A stretch of DNA of 64,000 nucleotides from Corallococcus caeni (GTDB lineage: Bacteria; Myxococcota; Myxococcia; Myxococcales; Myxococcaceae), in NCBI RefSeq assembly GCF_036245885.1, contig NZ_BTTX01000008.1, one strand, 5' to 3'. The first letter of the stretch is position 1, and every line of letters begins with the position of its first letter. Below are positions 45,968 to 55,574 of this stretch, one piece after another. A model generated the notes under the pieces. The model was not told the DNA's origin and ran no database searches. It worked only from the letters and a program-made list of their open reading frames with translations. A program made the translations under genes and the position numbers.

Positions 45968-46729
45968 ATGAAACACGCCATGGCTGATTCCAACACCGCT
46001 CCGCCGCCCGGCGCCGTGCCGCCCTCGCTCGCCCGCGTGGCCTTCCACGCCGTCGCGGCCGGGCTCACCCCGCTCATCCCCGTGCCCTTCCTGGACGACT
46101 ATGCCCTGCGCCAGGTGCGTGAGCAGTCCGTGCGCGACCAGCTCAAGGACAAGGGCCTGAAGGCGCCGGACAAGGCCATCGCGGTGCTCGCCGGCTCGTA
46201 CGAAGCGCGCAGCCTGGGCGGACAGCTGGTGTCCTATCTCAAGGCCGTGGCCCTCTTCCCGGTGCGCAAGGTGTTCCGCAAGGTCTTCTTCGTCCTCTGG
46301 GTGAAGGACTGCGTGGACCTGACGAGCGCATGCCTGCACCACGGCTACCTGCTGCACCACGCGCTCCAGCGCGGAGACCTGGACGCGGCCTCGCTCCAGG
46401 GGGACGCGCCCCGGAAGGTGCAAGCCGCCATCGTCGCCGCCTGCGCGGAGTTGGACGCCCGCCCCATCAACCAGGCCCTGCGCCGCATCTTCCGGAGCAG
46501 CCGGGTGCTGATGGCCGAGGCCACCCGCGCCTTCATGGATCCGAAGCAGGGCGGCGCCCGGGTGCCCGACCCGAAGAGCGAGAGCGCGGAGGTGAAGTCC
46601 CTCACCGACCGGCTCCTCCAGGAGATGTGGGAGGAGCGCGGCTACTTCACCGCGCTGGAGAGGCACTACGACAAGCACCTGCGCGGCGCCCCTGCCCCCA
46701 CGCAGGCCCCGGCCGCCACGGGCACCTGA
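45968..46729 (+). CDS. Hypothetical protein
   Basis: Coding-like high third-position GC. No family recognised. Alternative upstream ATG at 45920. Confidence 0.45.
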   Translation: MKHAMADSNTAPPPGAVPPSLARVAFHAVAAGLTPLIPVPFLDDYALRQVREQSVRDQLKDKGLKAPDKAIAVLAGSYEARSLGGQLVSYLKAVALFPVRKVFRKVFFVLWVKDCVDLTSACLHHGYLLHHALQRGDLDAASLQGDAPRKVQAAIVAACAELDARPINQALRRIFRSSRVLMAEATRAFMDPKQGGARVPDPKSESAEVKSLTDRLLQEMWEERGYFTALERHYDKHLRGAPAPTQAPAATGT

Positions 46730-46748
46730 GGTCGGCCGGCGCCAGGCC

Positions 46749-47756
46749 TCAGGGCACGGGCGCGGTGGCGGTCTGAAGCGGCGCGCGGATGCGGGCGGAG
46801 AAGTCGTCCCGCCCCTGCGCGGCCAGGGCGCGTGCGTTGATGTGGTAGCGCTGGCGGACCTGCGGCAGCGGCACGTCCGTGTCGATGATGCCCAGCTCGT
46901 AGGCGAGCTCGTCCGCGAACGCCGGCATCAGCGTGCGGTGGTCGTACGGCACGTCCTTCGTGGCCACCTTCTCGAAGTGGCGCACCAGGTTGGTGGTGCA
47001 GTTGCTGGTGAGCGTGTCGTAGAACTCCGGCTGGGTGTGCAACCCGTTCATCCGCTGCACCATGTCCAGGAAGAACGCCGTGATGCGCTCCCGGGACGCG
47101 TTCACCGGATACACATACACGACGTCGTGGCGGAAGTTGGACCGCAGCTGGATCAGGTCCCGCTCGTCGCCCACGACGTAGGCAATCTCGAAGCGGCGGA
47201 ACAGCCCGCCCAGCGCGGAGAACGTCTCCCCCTGCTCACGCCGCACCTCCACGGAGAACACCACGCGGCGGCCGTCCTGGAAGCCGAAGCTCACCATCGT
47301 GTGCGCGGCGCCGTAGAACCCGGAGAAGGGCTCCACGATGAACGACGCCTCCGTGAGCGCGTCCGTGTCGTAGGTGGCCGTGTACCAGGCGGGGTCCCAG
47401 TCCGTGGTGCTGCGGTAGCGGAAGTCGCGCACCTCGTGCAGCGTCACCTTCGAACCCGCCACCTCCGCCCACGGCGCCCGCGCCAGGTCCGGCGCCCAGT
47501 CGCGCGTGTTGGAGGGCTGGAACGTCCGCACCCAGCCCTGCACGCCAAGGCACCCCAGCAGCATCACCGCCACGCCCCAGCGCCCGGAGCGCCACCGCCA
47601 GGCCGCCACCGCCGCGGCCACCAGGGCCCCCGCGACCAGGGTCCGGGCCACGTGCGGCCCCTCCGGCCCCGTCCCCGTCAGGGCCAGGGCCAGCGAGGCC
47701 CAGGCGCCCCCCAGGAGGAGCACGAGCCCCGACATGGCGTTCTTCCAGATGCGCAT
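46749..47756 (-). CDS. DUF4105-like membrane/lipoprotein-associated protein
   Basis: N-terminal TM segments, then the conserved core ([20 protein letters not shown]...[31 protein letters not shown]...[11 protein letters not shown]). Confidence 0.6.
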   Translation of the reverse strand: MRIWKNAMSGLVLLLGGAWASLALALTGTGPEGPHVARTLVAGALVAAAVAAWRWRSGRWGVAVMLLGCLGVQGWVRTFQPSNTRDWAPDLARAPWAEVAGSKVTLHEVRDFRYRSTTDWDPAWYTATYDTDALTEASFIVEPFSGFYGAAHTMVSFGFQDGRRVVFSVEVRREQGETFSALGGLFRRFEIAYVVGDERDLIQLRSNFRHDVVYVYPVNASRERITAFFLDMVQRMNGLHTQPEFYDTLTSNCTTNLVRHFEKVATKDVPYDHRTLMPAFADELAYELGIIDTDVPLPQVRQRYHINARALAAQGRDDFSARIRAPLQTATAPVP

Positions 47757-47941
47757 GCGGCCGAGTATCCGCGCCCCATGCCGCTCGTGTCACGGCCACG
47801 GATTCCGGGCGCAACCCCGGCGGGCGGCCGGGCGCGGATCCGCCTTCCCAGGAAGGTCCGGACGTTGTCGCGTCCACCTACCTTGACCGCTTTTCCCCGG
47901 GTGTGCGACGAAAGGGGGTCCCCTGCATCCAGGAGCCCCCC

Positions 47942-48170
47942 GATGAGCGACGAGCGCGAAGACACGACCATCTACAAGGTCGTCGTCAACCACGAAGAGC
48001 AGTACTCCATCTGGCCCGCGGACCGTGAGAACGCGCTGGGCTGGAAGGACGCCGGCAAGCAGGGCCTGAAGGCCGAGTGCCTGGAGTACATCAAGGAGGT
48101 CTGGACGGACATGCGTCCGCTGAGCCTCCGCAAGAAGATGGAAGAGGACGCGGCCCGCAACAAGAACTGA
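47942..48170 (+). CDS. MbtH-like protein
   Basis: Canonical MbtH signature [15 protein letters not shown]...LGW...G...[14 protein letters not shown]. Confidence 0.8.
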
Positions 48171-48194
48171 AGGCCGCGTGCGCTTCCCACCGCG

Positions 48195-48218
48195 CCCTCC
48201 CCGCTTCAACGGGGAGGG
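48195..48218. terminator. GC hairpin between the convergent MbtH-like and LuxR-type genes
   Basis: ccctcccc-gcttcaac-ggggaggg is an 8-bp perfect stem. It lacks a clear U-tract. Confidence 0.4.
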
Positions 48219-48231
48219 TGGGCCGGACCGG

Positions 48232-48918
48232 CTAGAGGTCCGGCGGAGGCCTGACGCCCAGGTGGCAGGCGCGCAGGGCAAGCTGGGTGCGGTTCTCCGC
48301 GCCCAGCTTGCGGTAGAGCTGCGTGACGTGTGACTTCACGGTGCGCTCGGCGATTTGAAGGTGCGCGGCGATCTTCAGGTTGTCCGCCCCGCCCGCCACG
48401 TACTGGAGCACCTCGCGCTCCCGCTGCGTGAGCAGCAAGAGTACGCTCGCCGTGGGTGACGTCACCGGCGGATGCTCGAAGTCGTTGCGCAGCAACTGCA
48501 CCGGGAAGAGGCGCTCGCCCCGCACCAGCGACTGGACCGCGGAGGACACCGCGTTCACGCCCAGCCCCGCGCGGAAGAGATACCCGGAGGCCCCTTCGTC
48601 GAAGCACTGGGAGATGACCTCCGGCGTGCTCACCGCGGACAAGAGCAGCATGCGCACTTCCAGCCGGCGCTTGCGGGCCTCACGCAGCAGGTTGAGCCCC
48701 TCCGTCACGGAGCATCCGATGGCGGCCTCGCCGTCGCTCTCCACGTCGAGGATGGCCACCTGCGGTGGATCCGTGCCGAGTCCGTCCAGGAAGCCGCGCA
48801 CGTCGCGCGTCACCGAAGTGGAATGACCCTCACCCCGAAGCCCATCGGACAAGCCCTGCCAGGCCGCCCACGGTCCTTCGAGAATAGAAATACGAACTGC
48901 CGATTGATTCGCTGCCAT
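48232..48918 (-). CDS. LuxR-family transcriptional regulator (degenerate receiver-like N-domain plus LuxR HTH)
   Basis: C-terminal LTQREREVLQYVAGGADNLKIAAHLQIAERTVKSHVTQLYRKLGAENRTQL. Confidence 0.7.
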   Translation of the reverse strand: MAANQSAVRISILEGPWAAWQGLSDGLRGEGHSTSVTRDVRGFLDGLGTDPPQVAILDVESDGEAAIGCSVTEGLNLLREARKRRLEVRMLLLSAVSTPEVISQCFDEGASGYLFRAGLGVNAVSSAVQSLVRGERLFPVQLLRNDFEHPPVTSPTASVLLLLTQREREVLQYVAGGADNLKIAAHLQIAERTVKSHVTQLYRKLGAENRTQLALRACHLGVRPPPDL

Positions 48919-49400
48919 GCGATGGCCCCCCAGCCGTCGTGGCGAATTGCTTTCAATGCTACCTGTCGACTTCAACCTGCCCCGGAGTCGGTGGAACCGC
49001 GGCGGAACTTCCGCCTGTGCTGAGCGTGCGAGAACCGCGCTTCAACTCCATCCGGGGGTCTTGTCAGTGCTGCCCTGCGGACTGCGCTTGCGACTGCCGA
49101 ACTGGCCCATCCGGGCCGTTCCTCCTTTTCCGTTTCAGGCAATTCCTGCCAACCGAGACCCTAACATCATCCAAGGCCGCTTGCGAACCGCCCCTGTCGG
49201 GACTGTCAATTGCGCACGAATCGTATCGAAATCCAGGGCCTCGTCCGTCAGGTCGTGATCGCTGTCGGCCGCGGGACATGCATCCGGCGTCCACATTTCG
49301 ATGTTTCGCCTGCTGTTTCGCCCGGCGTCCGCGGATGGCGCCAATGCACGGGGATGGCGCGTCCTGGACGCCAAGGGCGTATGCTGTGCGTCCCGCGCGC

Positions 49401-50180
49401 ATGACTCCCTCCGCCCCCGCACCCCACGTCGACGTCGCCACCCCTGAACGCGTCGCGCTCTCCCTGCCCGTGGCCGGCATCGGCTACCGCTGTCTGGCGT
49501 GGCTGGTGGACGCGAGCCTGCTGTTCTTCTTCTGGGTGGCGCTCTACTTCGTCATCACGCTGCTGGTGTCCGACGTGCTGGGAGCCTTCCAGGCGCTGTC
49601 GGGGCTCACGCAGACACTGCTCGCGGTGGGCCTCTTCGCCACGCAATGGCTGTACTGGACGCTGGCGGAGGTCTTCTTCCATGGACAGACACCCGGCAAG
49701 CGCGTGATGCGCATCCGGGTGGTGCGCGAGGATGGCTCGCCGGTGGGCTTCTTCGAAAGCGCGGTGCGCAACCTCTGCCGTGCAGTGGACTTCCTGCCCG
49801 TGCTCTACGCCACCGGCTGCATCACCATGCTCTTGGACTCGCGGCACCGCCGGCTGGGGGACCTGCTCGCCGGCACCGTGCTGGTGCGCGAGGAGGCCAT
49901 CGACCTGGACAAGTACACCCAGGCGCCTCCGGCGGACGCCGCGCCCGGCTCCACGCCCGGCGCCGGCATGCAGCGGCCCCTGGACGCGGAGGACGTGGAG
50001 CTGGTGCTCGCGTTCCTCGCGCGCGCGCGCGGCCTGGAGCCGGAGGTGCGCCAGCGGCTGGGCGCGCGGCTGGTGGACCGCGTGGGCGCGTCCCTGACGG
50101 ACGAGGAGCGCGCGCGGGTGCTCCAGTCCGCGGAGGCCACGGAGGCCTTCCTGCGCACGCGCGCGAAGGCGGCCCACTGA
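49401..50180 (+). CDS. RDD-family membrane protein
   Basis: YRCLAWLVDASLLFFF...TPGKRVMRIRVVREDGSP...LLDSRHRRLGDLLAGTVLVRE is the RDD signature. Start uncertain: in-frame ATGs also at 49326 and 49335. Confidence 0.65.
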   Translation: MTPSAPAPHVDVATPERVALSLPVAGIGYRCLAWLVDASLLFFFWVALYFVITLLVSDVLGAFQALSGLTQTLLAVGLFATQWLYWTLAEVFFHGQTPGKRVMRIRVVREDGSPVGFFESAVRNLCRAVDFLPVLYATGCITMLLDSRHRRLGDLLAGTVLVREEAIDLDKYTQAPPADAAPGSTPGAGMQRPLDAEDVELVLAFLARARGLEPEVRQRLGARLVDRVGASLTDEERARVLQSAEATEAFLRTRAKAAH

Positions 50181-50181
50181 C

Positions 50182-51192
50182 ATGGCCGTGCCCCTGCCCA
50201 CGTTCGTCACGCGGCGCCGCCCGGACTGGGACGCGCTCCAGGTGCTGCTCACGCGCCAGCGCTCGGGCCGCCTGGGCCTGACGGAGCTGCGCACGCTGGA
50301 CACGCTGTACCGGCGCGCGGCCGCGGACCTGGCGCAAGCCCAGACGTTCTATCCCGGCACGGACGCGCACCGCTTCCTCAACCAGCTGTGCGCGCAAGCA
50401 TATGGCGCCATCTACCAGCCGCCGCGCGAGCGCTGGGCCTCCACGCGCGACTTCTTCCGCCGCGACTTCCCCGCCACGCTGCGCCGCGAGGCGCGCTTCG
50501 TGGGCGTGAGCGCGGGCCTGCTGGTGCTGGGATTGCTGCTGGGCGCGCTGGTGGTGACGCTGGAGCCGCGCGGCGCGGAGCTGCTGGTGCCGGAGGGCGT
50601 GCGGCGCTACGTGGCGCAGGGGCGCATGTGGACGGACGACCTGCTGTCCGTGGCGCCGCCCAACGCCGTGGCCTCCGGCATCGCGACCAACAACCTCACC
50701 GTCACGCTGTTCGCGTTCGCGTCCGGCATCCTGCTGGGCGTGGGGCCCATCTTCACGCTCGTGAACAACGGCGTGCTCATTGGCGCGGTGGGCGCGCTGT
50801 GCTTCCGCGAGGGCATGGCCGCGGGCTTCCTGGACTTCATCGCCGCGCACGGGCCGGTGGAGCTGTCCATCATCGTCATCGCGGGCGGCGCGGGGCTGAT
50901 GGTGGGCCAGGCGCTCATCGACCCCGGCGAGCTGCCGCGCGCGCAGGCGCTCCAGGCGCGCGGACGTGAGGCGGTGAAGCTGGTGGTGGGCTGCGCGCCC
51001 TTCCTCGCCGGCATCGGCGCGGTGGAGGGCTTCATCTCCCCGGGCCACCTGTTCCCCACCTGGGCCAAGGTGGGGCTGGGCCTGTCACTGGGAGCGCTGT
51101 TCTGGCTCTACCTGTTGCGCGCGGGCAGGACGGACGCGGGCGTGGCGCGCGTGGACGTACCGGAGGCCATGGCCTCCAACCGCTTGCGCTGA
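50182..51192 (+). CDS. Stage II sporulation protein M-like / DUF95 family membrane protein
   Basis: Multi-TM protein (ATNNLTVTLFAFASGILLGVGPIFTLVNNGVLIGAVGAL) starting 1 nt after the RDD-gene stop. Confidence 0.65.
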   Translation: MAVPLPTFVTRRRPDWDALQVLLTRQRSGRLGLTELRTLDTLYRRAAADLAQAQTFYPGTDAHRFLNQLCAQAYGAIYQPPRERWASTRDFFRRDFPATLRREARFVGVSAGLLVLGLLLGALVVTLEPRGAELLVPEGVRRYVAQGRMWTDDLLSVAPPNAVASGIATNNLTVTLFAFASGILLGVGPIFTLVNNGVLIGAVGALCFREGMAAGFLDFIAAHGPVELSIIVIAGGAGLMVGQALIDPGELPRAQALQARGREAVKLVVGCAPFLAGIGAVEGFISPGHLFPTWAKVGLGLSLGALFWLYLLRAGRTDAGVARVDVPEAMASNRLR

Positions 51193-51623
51193 CGGTGCTT
51201 GAGGATGCGCTCGTAGGCGGCGTTGAGCTCGCGCATCTGCTCCGCGGAGCCGCCCCGGTCCGGGTGCCGCTCCATGGCCAGCGCGTGGAAGCGCGCGCGG
51301 ATGACGTCCGCGGAGTCCAGCGGCGACACGCCCATCGTCTGGTACGGGCACTGCTCCTGGACGGCGGTGAGCCACTGGTCCAACCGGGCCTTCACCTCCA
51401 CGAAGCGCGCGTCCGCGTCCGCGGTGTCCTTCACCGGGTGCGTGCGCATCTTCGCGTCCGCGCGGAAGACCTCGCTGTAGGTGCTGGACACCCAGCGGTG
51501 GCATGAACCGCACCGGTAGTACTTCACCCGGCTCCCGGGCTGGAGCGTCATCATCACGCCGCAGTGGGTGCACTCCACCGTGACGTTCTCCAGTGTCTGC
51601 CAGCTCGCGACCGCCGCACTCAT
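51108..51623 (-). CDS. J-domain protein with N-terminal zinc-finger (CxxC...CxxC)
   Basis: J-domain HPD motif (MERHPDRGGSAEQMRELNAAYERIL) and N-terminal CTHCG...CGSCHRW. Its 3' end overlaps the convergent DUF95 gene by ~85 nt. Confidence 0.6.
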   Translation of the reverse strand: MSAAVASWQTLENVTVECTHCGVMMTLQPGSRVKYYRCGSCHRWVSSTYSEVFRADAKMRTHPVKDTADADARFVEVKARLDQWLTAVQEQCPYQTMGVSPLDSADVIRARFHALAMERHPDRGGSAEQMRELNAAYERILKHRQRKRLEAMASGTSTRATPASVLPARNR

Positions 51624-51770
51624 GGTGACTTCGACCTCCGTTCGCAACACGCCTGTAGCAGCGGCAACCTCCCACGTCCGGCGATCCCGTCAAGAAAATG
51701 TCGTGGCCGACCCAGGGGGAGCCCCCGGGCGCGCTGCCGGGCTTCCCGGGTTTCGGGTAGAACGAGGCCC

Positions 51771-52337
51771 ATGCGACCGCTCCTCGCCGCCGCCCTGCTC
51801 CTGACCGCCGCCGCGCACGCCCAGGCCCCGTCGGCCCCGGCCGCCGCGCCCAAGGCCTCCCCGAAGCCCGAGAAGGCCCCTGCGGACAGGGCCGCCCCCG
51901 CCCGGCCCCCGGAGGACGCCAGCGCGTCGGACGCGGCCCTCCTGAAGGGCCTGCTGTGGGCGGCGGAGCCCGCGCCGGAGGAGATCCGCGCGCTCGCCAT
52001 CGAGGACCTGGCCCTGCTGGGCGACGCGCGCGCCCTGGACCCGCTGGCCGCGTTCATCTGGGACCCGAACCCGCGCATCCAGCAGGCGGCCCTACGCGCG
52101 GTGGCCCTCTTCCAGCACCGCCGCGCGGAGGAGATCCTGGGCAACGTCGTGCGCCACCCGCGCCTGCCGGACGCGCTGAAGATCCAGGCCCTGGGCGGGC
52201 TGCTCTATCAGCGCACGCCCACCGCGCGCCGCGTGGTGCAGGACGTGGCCGCCGACAGCCGCGTGGGCTACGCGGTGCAGAACGCCGCGCGCTCGGTGGC
52301 GTCGCAGTGGGAAGCCGCCGCGGCCCCCGCGCCCTGA
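51771..52337 (+). CDS. Secreted HEAT/PBS-like repeat protein
   Basis: Signal peptide (LLAAALLLTAAAHAQA). Repeats resembling HEAT_2/PBS lyase units (LGDARALDPLAAFIWDPNPRIQQAALRAVA; ALKIQALGGL). Confidence 0.55.
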   Translation: MRPLLAAALLLTAAAHAQAPSAPAAAPKASPKPEKAPADRAAPARPPEDASASDAALLKGLLWAAEPAPEEIRALAIEDLALLGDARALDPLAAFIWDPNPRIQQAALRAVALFQHRRAEEILGNVVRHPRLPDALKIQALGGLLYQRTPTARRVVQDVAADSRVGYAVQNAARSVASQWEAAAAPAP

Positions 52338-52445
52338 AACACGCCTGCCCGCCTGCCCTCCCTCCAGGCCTGACGTGGCCGTGGGCCCCTGCGGCCCCGG
52401 GGCCGATTCCTGGAGTGCGCGCGTGTATGGGTTAGACTGGGGCGC

Positions 52446-52973
52446 ATGAAGATCACCCCCCTCGACATCCGGCAGAAGCGCTTCGAGACGGTGATGCGCG
52501 GCTTCGCGCGTCCCGAAGTGGGCGCGTACCTGGAGCTGATCGCCGGCGAGTTCGAGGAGGTCGTGAAGGAGAACATCGCGCTCAAGGAGGAGCTGAAGCG
52601 CACGCAGGCGCGGCTCGAGCAGCATCAGGAGCGCGAGCGCACCCTCCAGGAGACGATGGTCACCGCCCAGCGCATCAGCGAGGACCTGAAGGACGCCGCG
52701 AAGAAGGAAGCGGAGATCATCATCGCGGACGCGGAGCACCAGGCGGAGAAGATCGTCCACGGCGCGCACCAGCGGCTGGTGCAGGTGGTGGAGGACATCA
52801 ACGAGCTCAAGCGCCAGCGCACCCAGTTCGAGTCGCAGGTGCGCTCCGTGGTGGAGGCCCACCGCAAGCTGCTGGAGACGTTCGCCGCGCCCGCCTTCGC
52901 GGACCGCGACTACGCGCGCGTGGAGGACAACGTCGCGTTCCTGTCGCAGAAGAAGGCCACCTCCAACGACTGA
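52446..52973 (+). CDS. DivIVA-domain protein
   Basis: N-terminal MKITPLDIRQKRFETVMRGFARPEVGAYLE is the canonical DivIVA start, followed by coiled coil. Confidence 0.8.
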   Translation: MKITPLDIRQKRFETVMRGFARPEVGAYLELIAGEFEEVVKENIALKEELKRTQARLEQHQERERTLQETMVTAQRISEDLKDAAKKEAEIIIADAEHQAEKIVHGAHQRLVQVVEDINELKRQRTQFESQVRSVVEAHRKLLETFAAPAFADRDYARVEDNVAFLSQKKATSND

Positions 52974-52982
52974 CGCCCGCGC

Positions 52983-53282
52983 ATGCCCGCCCCCTGGCTC
53001 AAGGCCGTCCCCGCCGGGGTGGAGCTGACGGTGCTCGTCCAGCCGCGCGCGTCCCGCACGAAGGTGGTGGGCGAGCATGACGGCCAGTTGAAGATCCAGC
53101 TCGCCGCGCCGCCCGTGGATGGGGAAGCGAATGCCGCCCTGGTGGAATTCATCGCGAAAACGCTGGGCGTGCCGCGTCGCCAGGTGACACTCGTGGCGGG
53201 TGACACGTCGCGCCGTAAGCGATTGAAGGTGCAGGGGGTTGATGCGGCGGCGGTCGAGGCTGTTATCTCTGGTGGACCGTGA
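52983..53282 (+). CDS. DUF167 (YggU) family protein
   Basis: 99 aa with VQPRASRTKVVGEHDGQLKIQLAAPPVDGEANAALVEFIAK. Confidence 0.75.
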   Translation: MPAPWLKAVPAGVELTVLVQPRASRTKVVGEHDGQLKIQLAAPPVDGEANAALVEFIAKTLGVPRRQVTLVAGDTSRRKRLKVQGVDAAAVEAVISGGP

Positions 53283-54571
53283 GGCCACGCATGCTCCGCC
53301 TGTTCGCCTTCCTGATGATGCTGCTGGCCTCGCCGGGCGTGTTCGCGCAGGACGAAGGTCCTCGAGGCATCCACGCCACGGAGGCCGTCGTCACCGACAG
53401 CGCGCTCGTGCCCCACGCCCGCCCCGCCATCGTCGCGGGCGAGCTGAAGACCCAGCGCTTCGTCATCCTGCACACCGCGAAGGCCGCGGGCGCGGCGCGG
53501 GCGCTGGCCGGGCAGATTGAAGGCGTGCGGGACGCCTTCGGCGCGATGCTGGGGCGGGACTGGCCGGGCACCACGGAGATCCGCCTGGGCGTGGGCCGTC
53601 AGGAGTTCGAGGCGCTGGCCCTCCCCGGCGGCAAGCCCCCGGGCTGGGCGGTGGCGCTCGCGTATCCCGGGCATCAGATCATCCTGCTGGACGCGCTGAG
53701 CCTGAGCGACACGGAGGGCCCCACGACGCTGCGGCATGAGATGGCGCACGTGGCGCTGGGGCAGCTGGCGAAGGACTGGCCGCGCTGGTTCCAGGAGGGC
53801 GTGGCGCAGAACCTCACCGACGAGCGCTACTCCGTCGCGCACTACACCGCCCTCTTCCGCGCGGTGACGCAGGAGCGCGTCTTCCACTTCGAGGACCTGT
53901 CCGAGGACTGGCCGGACGTGCCCGCGGACGTGGAAATCGCGTACGCGCAGAGCGCCGCCTTCGTGGCCTACCTCACCGGCAAGCACGGCTCGCACGCCAT
54001 GGGCCTGCTGGTGGACGGCGTGCGCGCGGGAGAGCCCTTCGAGCAGGCCTTCGGCAAGGCGTTCCGCACGTCGCTGCTGCTGGAGGAGCAGGACTGGCGC
54101 GAGGGGCTCGCGGCCCGGTACGGCTGGCTGCCGCTCACCACCAGCTCCGCGCTCCTGTGGCTCACCGCCTCCCTCCTGTGCGTGGCCGCCTTCGCGCGCC
54201 GCATGCGCCAGAAGTCCGCGCGCATGACGGAGCTGGCCGCGGAGGACGCCGCCGAGGACGCCGCGCTGCGCCTGCTCGCCGCCGCCCGCGCGGCGGGGCC
54301 CGTGCCCGTGGACGGCGCCGAGCCGCTGTCCCCCGCCCTGCCCTGGCCGGAGTGGCCCGGCGCCACCACCCCCACCTCGCCCAATCCGTCCGCTCCCGCC
54401 CAACCGGAGGCCCTGGAGGGCGCGCCGGAGGCGCTGGAGTCGGGCGCCGGCCTCCCGGAAGCCCCGGAGGCTACGGACGCGGCGGAGGAGGAGCCGGAGT
54501 CCTCCAGTGGTGAGTACGAGCTGGACGGCGAGTCCCCGTCAGGCCGCCCGCCCAAGCCGACGCTCCACTGA
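53279..54571 (+). CDS. Secreted zincin-like (peptidase MA-type HExxH) protein with C-terminal TM segment and acidic tail
   Basis: Signal peptide, LRHEMAHVALGQ (HExxH), a predicted TM helix (LLWLTASLLCVAAF) and an Ala/Glu/Pro-rich tail. Confidence 0.6.
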   Translation: MRPRMLRLFAFLMMLLASPGVFAQDEGPRGIHATEAVVTDSALVPHARPAIVAGELKTQRFVILHTAKAAGAARALAGQIEGVRDAFGAMLGRDWPGTTEIRLGVGRQEFEALALPGGKPPGWAVALAYPGHQIILLDALSLSDTEGPTTLRHEMAHVALGQLAKDWPRWFQEGVAQNLTDERYSVAHYTALFRAVTQERVFHFEDLSEDWPDVPADVEIAYAQSAAFVAYLTGKHGSHAMGLLVDGVRAGEPFEQAFGKAFRTSLLLEEQDWREGLAARYGWLPLTTSSALLWLTASLLCVAAFARRMRQKSARMTELAAEDAAEDAALRLLAAARAAGPVPVDGAEPLSPALPWPEWPGATTPTSPNPSAPAQPEALEGAPEALESGAGLPEAPEATDAAEEEPESSSGEYELDGESPSGRPPKPTLH

Positions 54572-54722
54572 GAGGCACGGGCTGCCCAGGCAGGGAAGGT
54601 TCTTCCCCTGCTCCCGGCCTTTCAACATCCGCCCCGTAGGATTTACGTCCTCCGCCCTCCCTTCAGGGCAGGCCCATTGCCCAAGTGGGCGGATTCATTG
54701 GGAACCAGCACACGTCTGGCGT

Positions 54723-54739
54723 TGGCAAAGCCCTTGCTA
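54723..54739 (+). promoter_or_regulatory. Candidate sigma-54 promoter (TGGCAA-N5-TTGCT)
   Basis: Matches the -24/-12 consensus TGGCAC-N5-TTGCW at 5 of 6 and 4 of 4 core positions with correct spacing. Sits just upstream of in-frame ATGs at 54754 and 54772. Confidence 0.4.
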
Positions 54740-54753
54740 TGTCTTTGCTCGCG

Positions 54754-55296
54754 ATGCGGACGACAACGGACATGGCGGCGGAGCGGGGACGGAAGAAGGC
54801 CGGGGCGGCCCGGGTCTTCAGCAGGCAGCCGGAGCGCATCGCGGCGCTGTGGCGGCGGATGCGGCTGGCGGCGCACGAGGGCCAGGGCGTTCCGGGCGCA
54901 AGCCTGCTGGACGGACTGGTGGAGCCCTTCGTCCGGGAGCTGGGGCTGACGCTGGAGGGCGTGGAGTCCAGCCCCTGGAGCCGCACCCGCGCGGTGCTGC
55001 GCCTGGCGCCGGAGCGTGGCGCGCGGGCCCTGCACGACGAGTTCGCACTGCTGCGGCGGTGCCTGGTGGACGCCCTGGAGGTCCTGGGCGGTGGGGACGC
55101 GGAGCGCCAGCGCATCAACCGCGCGCTCGACGAGGCCGTGGACAGCGCGGTGGCGCTGCTCCAGCGGATGGCGGACCCGAAGGCGGATGGTCCCCGGGTG
55201 CCGTTTGGCGGCCTGGTGGTGGAGTACTTCGAGCGGCCGTCCCACGCGCGCCGGGCCCCGGCGGGCCGTCGCGACGAGCGGTCCGCCATGCATTGA
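54754..55296 (+). CDS. Hypothetical protein
   Basis: Coding-like codon bias. Start set downstream of the putative sigma-54 promoter; the six-frame ORF begins at 54685. Confidence 0.4.
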   Translation: MRTTTDMAAERGRKKAGAARVFSRQPERIAALWRRMRLAAHEGQGVPGASLLDGLVEPFVRELGLTLEGVESSPWSRTRAVLRLAPERGARALHDEFALLRRCLVDALEVLGGGDAERQRINRALDEAVDSAVALLQRMADPKADGPRVPFGGLVVEYFERPSHARRAPAGRRDERSAMH

Positions 55297-55574
55297 GAGG
55301 CATTCACGGCGCGCGGTTGGCGCCAGGGTTTGGTTGCAAGGGTTTGCCGATCCGTCCGGCTTGACACTCCTCAATGAGGAAGGGTCCGGGGGCTGGCGGG
55401 AGGGTGCGCTGTCGCGGATGGGGGTCCGTGACCGCGCCTTGAGGGTGCGTGTTCCTGCTCGGGGGAGCGGTGAGCCGCACACGGTCGAACGCCGGAACGC
55501 GTGGATGGGGGTCCGCGCGCTCCGCCGGTCGGACGGATCGGCATGTTTTGTCGGGGGGATGTGGGGATGGGGCA

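Noticed and set aside
55361-55389. TTGACA hexamer as a -35 for the putative sRNA
   Set aside because: No acceptable -10 hexamer at 16-18 nt spacing. Kept only as a weak remark within the sRNA finding.
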